Source: an uncultured Candidatus Saccharibacteria bacterium (GTDB taxonomy: Bacteria; Patescibacteriota; Minisyncoccia; UBA6257; XYB1-36-10). From it: a DNA stretch of 64,000 bases. Where the stretch lies: NCBI GenBank assembly GCA_964362215.1, contig CAYIDJ010000001.1:13151-77150 (forward strand), read 5' to 3'. The position numbers and the translations under genes are program-made. This document shows positions 16,813 to 25,570 of the stretch, piece after piece (within the stretch, counting starts at the first letter, position 1; every line of letters begins with the position of its first letter). The notes below the pieces were generated by a model, which saw nothing but the letters and a program-made list of their open reading frames with translations, did not search any database and had not been told where the DNA came from.

Positions 16813-18280
16813 AGAGAGATTTGAACGCCGGAGTCCCGATTTTCAGCAGAAAATTGGGACGAGGCGGTGCCCAGTCCCGATGTGATATACATCGAGGATC
16901 CGCGATTCCGTAAACGGAATCGGGACCCGAGTCCCGCTGACGAGCGCGACGAGAGGCGAGGGCAAATCTCCCCATTCCCACCAGAACATAACTCAAATAT
17001 TCTAAGTAGACAGCAGAACAGATAGGATTTTTGTACTACTACGTTTCCAAAATATCCTCTCATGATGTATATTAAACACATGGACAATGATAATACCCCA
17101 CCAGACGTAAATCCAGAAAACCTGCAATCGCCAGAGCAAGAAGTTTCTCCCGTGCCGCTATCACAAAAAAATCCTACTAAGCAGTGGTTTCTATATTCCA
17201 TTACGATAATTGGACTCATTACAGTTATCATTGTTGTAATTATATTCTTAAACGCAAGTAAAGACGGCGAAGTTAATGGGAATAGAACTCAAGATAATCA
17301 ACTCGCACAGGAAGAAAAGTTACCTGTAGAAACAAGTCTAATGAATCGCCTTATCCAATTTACTGATTCTGCTCCTAATGGTGTCTATAAATTAGTAACG
17401 AACAGCGGAGAAACAAACTTACAAGTTGATCAATTATTGACGACTGGAGGTTTTTATTTCCAAAACCGTGGAACAGGTGAATTATATAATCTCATCTCCT
17501 ACGATGATTATTCTAATCAATCAACTATTAACACCCCCCTTTTAAAACTAAAAAAGATAGAGGATGTTAACTATAATAATTTTTATGTGTACCAAAAAGA
17601 TACGAGATATGCGACAGACCTGAAAAATGTATACTATATTGAATGGACCCCTACGGGTTTTACGTCTTCTCTTAATTATAGATATTCAGTTCAATCTGAT
17701 TATAATTACACACTTCAAATTCTTAGAGGTGCTGACCTAAAAACTTTTGAACCAAATATTGTAACAACTTTTCCTATATCTCAAGGTAACGGTTTTCAAG
17801 GTTTATATTCACGAGATATAAAAACAGTTTTCTACGGCTCAGAAGCTCTCGAGGGAGTTGATGCTCCGACATTTAAGCTTTCAGAAGATGTGTCTATTAC
17901 GTCCGACAAAAATCGTGTCTATTTGTGGAATAAAATAATTCCCCTAGCCGACCCGGAAACATATATAATTATATTTGATGGAAGCGCCGACGGTCGCGGT
18001 ACGGTATATGGTAAAGACAAAAATAATGTTTTTGTAGATTACTGTTTATTGACGGGTATTGACCCAAATAGCTTCTCTATAAATTGGAATAGAGATCCAA
18101 CCGAATATGCAGATAAACAAGGAGTGTTCAATATTGATTTGCAAAAAAATAAAGAGCGTATAGTAGAATCATGCATCGTTGTCAGATAAATTGATTAAAA
18201 CAGTATATAAAACACTTAGTAAAAAACAAAATAGTTTAAATTATAACAATAAACGAAGGCAAATCTCCCCATCCCCACCA
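16813..18280 (+). mobile_element. tRNA-Leu-associated integrated islet (~1.5 kb) bounded by 21-bp direct repeats of the tRNA 3' end. No integrase is retained.
   Basis: caaatctccccatccccacca (tRNA 3' end, 16792-16812) is repeated at 18260-18280 (identical) and 16963-16983 (1 mismatch). The cargo is an AT-rich gene plus a 150-nt hairpin-rich segment. Confidence 0.65.
17062..18189 (+). CDS. DKNYY-repeat-like protein with N-terminal transmembrane anchor (islet cargo)
   Basis: Repeated DKNxVY / KNVYY motifs (DLKNVYYIEW, DKNRVYLWNK, DKNNVFVDY). Codon usage is strongly AT-rich, unlike the flanking genes. Confidence 0.55.
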   Translation: MMYIKHMDNDNTPPDVNPENLQSPEQEVSPVPLSQKNPTKQWFLYSITIIGLITVIIVVIIFLNASKDGEVNGNRTQDNQLAQEEKLPVETSLMNRLIQFTDSAPNGVYKLVTNSGETNLQVDQLLTTGGFYFQNRGTGELYNLISYDDYSNQSTINTPLLKLKKIEDVNYNNFYVYQKDTRYATDLKNVYYIEWTPTGFTSSLNYRYSVQSDYNYTLQILRGADLKTFEPNIVTTFPISQGNGFQGLYSRDIKTVFYGSEALEGVDAPTFKLSEDVSITSDKNRVYLWNKIIPLADPETYIIIFDGSADGRGTVYGKDKNNVFVDYCLLTGIDPNSFSINWNRDPTEYADKQGVFNIDLQKNKERIVESCIVVR

Positions 18281-18321
18281 ATTAGAGTTTAGTCCGCCTT
18301 AGGCGGAAGGATTTAGAGTTT

Positions 18322-19074
18322 ATGCTAATTCTATTATACGGCCCCGACTCCTATCACCGCCACCAACGCCTTGACCATATTCTCTCCATCTACCGCCAAA
18401 AACACGCAGGCCTTTCCCTACGCTATTTTGATTTCTCCTCTCCCGACCCCACCCCCCTCCTCGCTGACCTCTCCGCCTTCTGCGGCACCCTCTCTCTTTT
18501 TGAACCGATAAAATTAGGCATCATCCAAAATCCCTTCCTCCTCGAACTCTTGCGTACCGTTGAAAACATAGCTTCCGATAAATCCACTACCCTCATTCTC
18601 GTCTCCGACGACACCCCGCCTGCCCCTTTTTCTTTTCTTCTTAAACCGCCGGTTCAGTCGGAATCTTTTCCGCCTCTTTCCAACCTCGCTCTGTGCGAAT
18701 TTATAAAAAAAGAGGCCTCTTCCCGCGGCCTTTCTCTAAACCAAGAAATTATTTCTCTTCTTGCCGACGAATATGGCCCCAACCTCTGGGGTTTAGCCAA
18801 CGACCTTGACCGCCGCTCACTCTCCAGTGACTCCTCTTCTCCCGCTCGCCGCTTTAACTTCTTCTCTCTTATCCGCGCCCTCACCGAAAGCCAAATTGAG
18901 CGCCGCCTCTCCGCTTACTGTCTTCTTCTCGCCTCCCGTGAAGAACCGGCTAAAATTTTTAATCTCCTTGCTTACCAATTAGGTATTGACCGCCGCCGCG
19001 CCGCCGCCCTTGACCTGGACATCAAATCCGGCCGCCTTGAATACCCCGAAGCTATCCTCTCTCTCATCCTCTAA
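18322..19074 (+). CDS. holA: DNA polymerase III delta subunit (short form)
   Basis: MLILLYGPDSY N-terminus is typical of HolA. Length 250 aa. Preceded by the TTTAGAGTTTA motif. Confidence 0.5.
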   Translation: MLILLYGPDSYHRHQRLDHILSIYRQKHAGLSLRYFDFSSPDPTPLLADLSAFCGTLSLFEPIKLGIIQNPFLLELLRTVENIASDKSTTLILVSDDTPPAPFSFLLKPPVQSESFPPLSNLALCEFIKKEASSRGLSLNQEIISLLADEYGPNLWGLANDLDRRSLSSDSSSPARRFNFFSLIRALTESQIERRLSAYCLLLASREEPAKIFNLLAYQLGIDRRRAAALDLDIKSGRLEYPEAILSLIL

Positions 19075-19208
19075 TAAACAACTACCCTCCCAGAGGCGAA
19101 TACTATAGTCAACTAAACAAACTTAAAAGTAAAAAATCTTTTTGCTCAAAACCATAAGGCGCCTCGCCAACAAAATAAACATCGCAACCAACTAAACAGG
19201 ATGGAAAA

Positions 19209-19306
19209 GAAAAAACTTCCTTTCGAGACCGCGCGGAGCACGACGGTGCGAGTCAGAGTGATTTTTTAGCAAAAAAATACACGTGTCTCGAAAGGAAGTT
19301 TTTTCT
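19209..19306. repeat. Family-1 structured repeat, copy 2 (between convergent holA and rpsT)
   Basis: aaaaaacttcctttcgagACCGCGCGGAGCACGACGGTGCGAGTCAGAGTGATTTTTTAGCAAAAAAATACACGTGTCtcgaaaggaagtttttt. Confidence 0.8.
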
Positions 19307-19358
19307 GAAAAATACAAAAAGGTGAATATTCTACGTCCACCTATTATTCATCAAATAC

Positions 19359-19619
19359 CTAACTCAAAACTTTAAGCTGCCTCGCCAACCGCGACTTCAT
19401 CCTCGCCGCCCGCCCCTTCTTCAAAACATCTCCCTTTACCGCCTTATCCACCGCTTTATAAATCAAAGCTAACTTTCCCGCTGCCGCCCCCGCGTCTTTG
19501 GCTAACGTTTTTTTATAATCTTTCACGGCCTCCTTCACTGCCTGCTTGCGTGCTTCATTTCCCTTCTGCCGCCTTTTACTCTGCCGCAGTGCTTTCGCCG
19601 CCGATTTAATGTTTGGCAT
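19359..19619 (-). CDS. rpsT: 30S ribosomal protein S20
   Basis: MPNIKSAAKALRQSKRRQ..., 86 aa, basic and helical. Confidence 0.9.
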   Translation of the reverse strand: MPNIKSAAKALRQSKRRQKGNEARKQAVKEAVKDYKKTLAKDAGAAAGKLALIYKAVDKAVKGDVLKKGRAARMKSRLARQLKVLS

Positions 19620-19762
19620 ACTGGTACAAGATACCGGAATCCCTTCCTAAAATCAATCCCCGTTCTTCCCTCTCCGGTTTTAATATTTATAATTTTGTCC
19701 AATAATCCCAACCTCGTCTTCGTTGAGGACTCGCGACTCCTGTCGGAGAATTTTGAGTTTTA

Positions 19763-20500
19763 CTATTGTTTAGAGTTTAGTCCGCCTCCGCCAACTGGCG
19801 GATGGCGAATTGATTTTCTAAATTCCAATTGTCTCTCTATCACCCTAAAATCCCCCTCCAGCGCCTCCCTCATGCCGCGGTTATAAACCGCCACCGCCGG
19901 GTGGTAAAGCGGAACAAAAGTCACCGGACCGTACTCCATTTCCGTTTCAAATACTTTTCCGTGCGCCTGACTTATCGGCTCTATCAGCTCCCTCATCCCA
20001 TACCGCTCCATAAGATAAATCATCGCGAACCTCCCCAGCGCCGCGATTATCTCCGGTTTTATTATGGCTATCTGCCTATCCAAAAAAGGCGCGTAAAGCT
20101 CTATCTCCTGCGGTAACGGGTCGCGATTGTTTGGCGGCCTGTCTTTTAAAATATTGGTGATGTATACCTCGTTCCGCGGCAGATTTATCAGTTCCAAAAG
20201 CTCGTCCAACACCTTCCCCGCCGCCCCGCAAAACGGCCTTCCCTGTTCCGCCTCATTCTTTCCCGGCGCCTCCCCCACCAACATCACGCTGGCAAAATGA
20301 TCCCCCTCGCCCACCACTGGTTTAACTCTGGTAGCGTATAGAGGCGATTCTTTGAGGTCAATTACTCCATCCCTCACCTCCTTCAGCGCCTCATACCTCT
20401 GCCTCCGTTCCTCTTCAGTTATCTCTCCGTTTTTCCCCATACTTAATACCTTCTTTATACTTCCTAATGCCGCCATCATACTACACCTCTCAAAAAACAA
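19763..20500 (-). CDS. Uracil-DNA glycosylase, family 4
   Basis: GEAPGKNEAEQGRPFCGAAGKVLDELL (motif A) and HPA (motif B, in VPLYHPAVAV). The true start may be an internal Met. Confidence 0.8.
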   Translation of the reverse strand: MFFERCSMMAALGSIKKVLSMGKNGEITEEERRQRYEALKEVRDGVIDLKESPLYATRVKPVVGEGDHFASVMLVGEAPGKNEAEQGRPFCGAAGKVLDELLELINLPRNEVYITNILKDRPPNNRDPLPQEIELYAPFLDRQIAIIKPEIIAALGRFAMIYLMERYGMRELIEPISQAHGKVFETEMEYGPVTFVPLYHPAVAVYNRGMREALEGDFRVIERQLEFRKSIRHPPVGGGGLNSKQ

Positions 20501-20533
20501 CCAACTCTTCCCTCTTAAACATCACCTGAAAGA

Positions 20534-20676
20534 TAAAACGACTTCTCCGCAAGACCGCGCGCCCGCCCGACCAGAACAACTAGTCGTTCGGGCGGGGAGT
20601 CCGCCAACTGGCGGACGAGTCAGAGTGATTTTTCAGCGGAAAAATACACGTGTCTTGCGGAGAAGTCGTTTTTATC
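20534..20676. repeat. Family-1 structured repeat, copy 3 (variant with a 50-nt insertion replacing helix P2)
   Basis: ...caagACCGCGCG[cccgcccgaccagaacaactagtcgttcgggcggggagtccgccaactggcgga]CGAGTCAGAGTGATTTTTCAGCGGAAAAATACACGTGTCttgc... The inserted segment itself forms two hairpins. Confidence 0.75.
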
Positions 20677-20732
20677 AATACAACATCAAACGTCATTTGG
20701 TAATTCGTTATTATCCGTCTTATAATGTTCCC

Positions 20733-21116
20733 ATGAACCCGATGCTTAACTACCTCATTCTTACTCCTCTCTTCTATCTCTGGTCATTTCTCGTCCACTG
20801 GTACTTTAACGGCGGCAAAGTCGCTCTCCACCTCCTCGTCCGTTCCTTAGAATTTTTTGACTCATTTTTTGCTATTAGAGAAACTGCTTCCAATATATTT
20901 GTGCCGCTCTACCAGGACTACTCTATAGTCGGCTATATCATCAGCCTTCCCACTCGTCTTCTTCTCGTCACTATAAGTTCAATTATTTATCTCTCTCTGT
21001 CCGTTATCTGCCTTGTCCTATTTACTATTTGGGCTCTCCTCCCCATCACCGCCTTTCTCGGCAGCGTCAATCCTGAAATTATAATCTCATCTACCTCTTA
21101 CTTATTCTCCCTATGA
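20733..21116 (+). CDS. Hypothetical polytopic membrane protein (127 aa)
   Basis: Start trimmed to ATG 20733. The longer ORF from 20352 would overlap the UDG gene and the Family-1 repeat. Its 3' end overlaps the start of the Clp ATPase gene. Confidence 0.4.
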   Translation: MNPMLNYLILTPLFYLWSFLVHWYFNGGKVALHLLVRSLEFFDSFFAIRETASNIFVPLYQDYSIVGYIISLPTRLLLVTISSIIYLSLSVICLVLFTIWALLPITAFLGSVNPEIIISSTSYLFSL

Positions 21117-23623
21117 CCAAAACCAAACCCATTTTTATCCGCTATCCCCGTCTGGAAATGCCCTTGCTCGGCCGATTTTTTATCCGTATCATCTCCGCCG
21201 TCGTCTACGGCCTTCTTATTGCCGGCGCCGTCTCTGGTCTTATCTCTGACGTTCCTCGTCTCCGCTGGCTCGGTCTCCTGCTTGCCATATTCGTTATTGA
21301 CCTTTTCCTTCACCGCCATCTCGCTCCCCGCAACCTTTTAAACGAAGAATTATCCGGAAACCTCGTTGATTTTCTCACTCCCTCCGCCCGCCGTCTCCTG
21401 GAACGAGCTCTGGATAAAACCGCTATCTCCGGCGGCCCCATTATGATTCGGCTGGCGGAAGAACTGTCCGATCACCGCGACATCATTGAAATCTTCTCCC
21501 GTCTTGAAATTAACCGCTCTCAATTTGAAAGTCATATCAGCCACGCTGTTGACCGTTCTCCTTCCCGCCCCGCCCCCGCCGCCGCCCGCTCCGCTCTTTT
21601 TGCCGTCATTCCCGCCGCCGCCGTCTCCGCCCGCGCTTCCGACTCCGCCGGCATCAAACCTGGACATCTCTTCACTGGCCTTTTGGAAAGCGGTGATGAG
21701 GATATCTCTCGCCTCCGCCGTGAATTCTCCCTCTCCGCCGACTCCGCCTCCCGCGCCATCTACTGGCTTGAAGCCCGCGACCGCCTAAGCCGTCTCCGCT
21801 CTATTCCCGCCACCGTCGGCGGCTTCGCCGGCCACTCTTTCAATATACGCCCCCGCGTCATCAACCGCGCCTGGACCTCCCGCCCCACCCCCACCCTCGA
21901 CCGCTACTCTTTGGATTTAACTGCTCTTGCCCGTCGGGAAACTGTCGGCCTTCTTGTTGGCCACCGCCGCGAATATGACGAACTTGCCAATATTCTCTCT
22001 AAACCCGGGTTTCATAACGCGCTTCTCGTTGGCCGCCCCGGCGCCGGCAAAACCACCATCCTCGCTCACCTCGCTTTCCGCATCGTTAAAGACAAAGTTC
22101 CGTCTCCTCTTTTTGATAAACGCCTCGTTTCCCTCAACTTATCTTCCCTTGTCGCCGGCGCTTCCGACAATGAAGTTCAGGAACGTCTTCGCCACATCGT
22201 CTCCGAAATCGTTAAATCCGGCAATATTATTCTCGTCATTGACAACATTCACAACTTGCTCAAAACGGAAAGCGCCAGCGCCCTAAACGCCGCCGACGCC
22301 CTCGTGCCAGTTATCAGCTCTGACTCTGTCTCCGTCATCGGCACCACCACTCCCTCCGACCGCCGCCTCCTCGCTTCCCGCGGCAGCGAATTCAACGACC
22401 TCTTCTCCGAAATTAAAGTTGAAGAAATTTCCCCCACCGAAGCGGAAACTATTCTCGTCTTCTTCAGCATCGTTCTGGAAAACCGGTACCGCCGCCGGTT
22501 CCGTATCACTCTCCCCGGCGTCAGTTCAGCCGTGAACATCGCCCGCCGCTATTTAACTGACCGTCCCCTTCCCGGCTCCGCGCTTGACCTTCTTGAAGAA
22601 GCCGCCACCGACGCCATTACCAAAGATATTGACACTATCGGCGCTGACGCCGTCATCTCCATTGCCGAACATAAAATTAACATTCCTCTCCGCTCCGTCG
22701 GCGTTCCGGAAGCCGCTTATTTGCTAAAACTGGAAGCCACTATCCATCAAACGCTCGTTGACCAGGAAGAAGCGGTTTCTGCCATCTCCTCCAGTTTACG
22801 CCGCTACCGCAGCGGCTTGACCACGGCGGCCAACCCGATTGCTTCCTTCCTTTTTGTCGGTCCCACCGGCGTCGGTAAAACCGAGCTTGCTAAAATTATT
22901 GCTGAAGTTGTCTTCGGTAGTCGCCAAAATATGATTCGTCTTGATATGTCTGAATTCCAAACTCGCGAGAGTTATTACCGTCTGGTCGGCTCTCCTGACG
23001 GCTCCGTCTCCGGTTCCTTAACCGACGCCGTCTCCGCTAAACCCTACGCCCTCATCCTTTTAGACGAATTTGAAAAAGCGCACGCTGACGTTCTTAATTT
23101 ATTTCTTCAGGTCTTAGACGACGGCCGTCTGACTGACAGTTTGGGCCGCACCGTTAAATTTGAAGATACTATCATCATTGCGACCTCCAACGCCCATTCC
23201 GCCGCCGTCAAAGAACAGCTTGACCGCGGCGTCAGTATTGACACTATCGCCGTTGACCTTAAAAGCAAACTGACCGCTTATTTCCGCCCCGAACTCCTCA
23301 ACCGCTTCTCCCGTATTATTGTCTTCCGCCCCTTAAGCCAACCAGACATAACCGTCATCGCTCAGCGCAAACTGGAGCGCCTCTCGGCTGACTTAGAGGC
23401 CTCTTCCGGTATCGCCGTCTCCTTCACCCCCGCCGCCGTTGCCGAAGTTGGCCGCCTTGGCTTTGATGAATCATTCGGCGCCCGTCCCTTGGAAACCGCC
23501 ATTGACGAACACGTTCGCAATCCTCTCGCCGAAGCCATTTTGAAAAATAATTTCACCCGCGGCGATACCGTCTCTGTTGACTTGGATAACGGCCGCCTTA
23601 AAATATCTGTTGTTAAATTATGA
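21113..23623 (+). CDS. Clp/Hsp100-family AAA+ ATPase (ClpA/B/C-like, two nucleotide-binding domains) with an N-terminal membrane segment
   Basis: NBD1 Walker A LLVGRPGAGKTT, NBD2 Walker A LFVGPTGVGKTELAK, Walker B ILLDEFEKAH, sensor ATSN. Two hydrophobic helices in residues 20-65. Confidence 0.8.
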   Translation: MTKTKPIFIRYPRLEMPLLGRFFIRIISAVVYGLLIAGAVSGLISDVPRLRWLGLLLAIFVIDLFLHRHLAPRNLLNEELSGNLVDFLTPSARRLLERALDKTAISGGPIMIRLAEELSDHRDIIEIFSRLEINRSQFESHISHAVDRSPSRPAPAAARSALFAVIPAAAVSARASDSAGIKPGHLFTGLLESGDEDISRLRREFSLSADSASRAIYWLEARDRLSRLRSIPATVGGFAGHSFNIRPRVINRAWTSRPTPTLDRYSLDLTALARRETVGLLVGHRREYDELANILSKPGFHNALLVGRPGAGKTTILAHLAFRIVKDKVPSPLFDKRLVSLNLSSLVAGASDNEVQERLRHIVSEIVKSGNIILVIDNIHNLLKTESASALNAADALVPVISSDSVSVIGTTTPSDRRLLASRGSEFNDLFSEIKVEEISPTEAETILVFFSIVLENRYRRRFRITLPGVSSAVNIARRYLTDRPLPGSALDLLEEAATDAITKDIDTIGADAVISIAEHKINIPLRSVGVPEAAYLLKLEATIHQTLVDQEEAVSAISSSLRRYRSGLTTAANPIASFLFVGPTGVGKTELAKIIAEVVFGSRQNMIRLDMSEFQTRESYYRLVGSPDGSVSGSLTDAVSAKPYALILLDEFEKAHADVLNLFLQVLDDGRLTDSLGRTVKFEDTIIIATSNAHSAAVKEQLDRGVSIDTIAVDLKSKLTAYFRPELLNRFSRIIVFRPLSQPDITVIAQRKLERLSADLEASSGIAVSFTPAAVAEVGRLGFDESFGARPLETAIDEHVRNPLAEAILKNNFTRGDTVSVDLDNGRLKISVVKL

Positions 23624-24189
23624 TTGTCGCCAACGCTAAAACTCAAATCTCGGCTGGCATTATTGTCTACCGGCGCACCCCCGAGGGGCCAAGTTTTCTT
23701 CTCCTCTACCACGGACACGGCTACTGGAATTTCCCCAAAGGAAGAATTGAGGGTAATGAGCGCACTATCCAAACTGCTCTTCGTGAAGTCAGAGAAGAAA
23801 CCGGTCTTAAAAACCACGAACTTCAACTTCAAAAAAACTTCAAAACCAAAGAACATTTCTCTTTTCATACCCCCGGCGACAAAGATAAAATTTTCAAAAC
23901 TGTCACTTTTTATCTGGCTGAAACTCGCCAAGAGCGGATTACTATTCCCCTTGCTCTCCACCACCAGGGTTTTGGCTGGTTTCTCTACCCCGAGGCCTGC
24001 CGCATCTTAACCCGCCACCAAAATACCCGCCGTATTATCACTCAGGCCTTCCGCCTTATTACCGGCGTTAAATCTCCCTCCCTAAAACACCCCTCCGCTA
24101 ACCATCCTAATAAAGATAAAATTCATCACCCTCTCCATCCCCGCCGTCCCTCCCGCCACACCCATCCCACCACTCCCGCCTCTCTATAA
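23620..24189 (+). CDS. NUDIX hydrolase
   Basis: Nudix box GRIEGNERTIQTALREVREETGL, plus a low-complexity His/Pro-rich C-terminal tail. Confidence 0.8.
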   Translation: MIVANAKTQISAGIIVYRRTPEGPSFLLLYHGHGYWNFPKGRIEGNERTIQTALREVREETGLKNHELQLQKNFKTKEHFSFHTPGDKDKIFKTVTFYLAETRQERITIPLALHHQGFGWFLYPEACRILTRHQNTRRIITQAFRLITGVKSPSLKHPSANHPNKDKIHHPLHPRRPSRHTHPTTPASL

Positions 24190-24236
24190 TAAAATTTAAT
24201 ACTTTATCAAGGACTCGCGACCCCTGTCAGAGAAAA

Positions 24237-24584
24237 TTATTTCTTCGCTTCTTCTACTATCTTAGTAAACGCTCCCGGATGCTCCTCCGCCAATTCCGCC
24301 AGCATCTTCCGGTCAATCTGTATGTTTTGCTTCTTAAGCGCCGCTATCAGTTCGCTGTATTTCATCCCCCTCTCTCTCGCCGCCGCGTTTATTTTCACCT
24401 GCCATAATCGCCTCGCCGTCCGCTTCTTCTGCTTCCTCCCCTTAAAAGCGTTCGTCAAAGCATGCAGTAACGCCGTCTTCGCTAGACGTTCTTTATTCTT
24501 CCTTCCCCAACGATATCCTTTTGTCTGTTTTAGTATTGCTTTCCTCCGCTTTACTTTATTGGTCCCTCTTTTTACTCTTGGCAT
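24237..24584 (-). CDS. rplT: 50S ribosomal protein L20
   Basis: MPRVKRGTNKVKRRKAILKQTKGYRWGRKN... Confidence 0.9.
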   Translation of the reverse strand: MPRVKRGTNKVKRRKAILKQTKGYRWGRKNKERLAKTALLHALTNAFKGRKQKKRTARRLWQVKINAAARERGMKYSELIAALKKQNIQIDRKMLAELAEEHPGAFTKIVEEAKK

Positions 24585-24615
24585 AAATTGTTTCTTAGTT
24601 CGTCATTTCACTTCT

Positions 24616-24644
24616 GTCATTCCAGCGGAAGCTGGAATCCAGTT
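24616..24644. repeat. Family-3 hairpin repeat, copy 3 (rpmI-rplT intergenic)
   Basis: gtcattccagcggaagctggaatccagtt. Confidence 0.7.
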
Positions 24645-24684
24645 CCAATGTTCACTTTTGACTTTATGGACTTTTGGCTTATTT

Positions 24685-24861
24685 CTAATTTCTTACTCTC
24701 TTATTTATCGCTTTCATTGAGTAACGTAAAATATGATTCTTCCTCCGGATATGCTTAAGCGCCGCTGATTTTTTGGAACGGAAATGGCTGGAACCCATTT
24801 TGCGGCGCATCACCTTGCCTCGCCGCGTTATTCTTACCCGGCTCGTAAATGTAGAACGCAT
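24685..24861 (-). CDS. rpmI: 50S ribosomal protein L35 (58 aa, below the ORF-track size cutoff)
   Basis: Manual translation of the minus strand gives MRSTFTSRVRITRRGKVMRRKMGSSHFRSKKSAALKHIRRKNHILRYSMKAINKRVRN. It sits between infC and rplT as in the conserved operon. Confidence 0.7.
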   Translation of the reverse strand: MRSTFTSRVRITRRGKVMRRKMGSSHFRSKKSAALKHIRRKNHILRYSMKAINKRVRN

Positions 24862-24872
24862 ATTCGTGATTA

Positions 24873-25380
24873 TTATTTTTTACCCACTACCTGGACGGTA
24901 AAGCCCCTTCCCACAAACTTTATCGGCGTCATTACCGCGTACGGCACTGATATCTTCTCCACAAACGCCTGGAGCTTCCCTTTGGCAAAATCCCTATTTG
25001 CCTTCTCTCTTCCCTTTAAGAAAAGCTGAATCTCAACTTTATCACCGTCTTTTAAAAAGTCAACCACTTGCCTTAATTTTCTCTCTAAGTCATTACTGGC
25101 CGCCCGTGGCGTTATGCGCATATGCCTAAGTTCGCCTCCCTTCTGCGTCTGTTTTTGTTTGCGCGCCTGTTTGCCTTGCTGGTATCGGTACTTGTCAAAA
25201 CTTATTATCTTCGCCACCGGCGGGTCTGCTTTTGCTCCTACCTCCACCAAGTCCAACCCCGCCGCCTCCGCCTGGCGCAACGCCTCCTCTTTAGTCACCA
25301 CCCCCAGATTTTCTCCCGCTGGTCCAATAAGACGGACCTGGCTAGCCGTAATCTGATGGTTAATCCGCGCCGCCGGTATT
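24873..25380 (-). CDS. infC: Translation initiation factor IF-3 (start codon probably non-canonical, ATT at 25365 or ATA at 25380)
   Basis: RINHQITASQVRLIGPAGENLGVV...DLVEV...PPVAKIISFDKYRYQ and the C-domain. The longer ATG-initiated ORF adds a non-homologous extension. Confidence 0.8.
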
Positions 25381-25518
25381 ACCGGCGCCTGCGGCCTTCT
25401 GTAATTATTTTTTTTTCTGCGAATCAAAATAAAGTAAAAAGTATGCTTCTCGTACGTCCCCATCCTAACCCGCTCTCCACTCCAAGTCAATTATCCCGCC
25501 TCTCTCCTAAAACTCCTG

Positions 25519-25527
25519 TGGTATAAT
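25519..25527 (+). promoter_or_regulatory. Extended -10 promoter element TGGTATAAT upstream of the giant surface-protein gene
   Basis: TG-N-TATAAT at 25519-25527, 44 nt upstream of ATG 25571. Confidence 0.4.
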
Positions 25528-25570
25528 TAACTTATTCTTACAGCTTTACCTTTCTCTTCTTTTATTAAAC

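Noticed and set aside
16813-16983. Hammerhead-like CTGACGAG motif in the structured segment after tRNA-Leu
   Set aside because: Only the CUGANGA half is present, with no GAAA/cleavage-site partner in the correct geometry.
20352-20732. 5' part of the 254-aa + strand ORF
   Set aside because: It overlaps the family-4 UDG gene (minus strand) and the Family-1 repeat. Only the distal membrane-protein portion from ATG 20733 is plausible.
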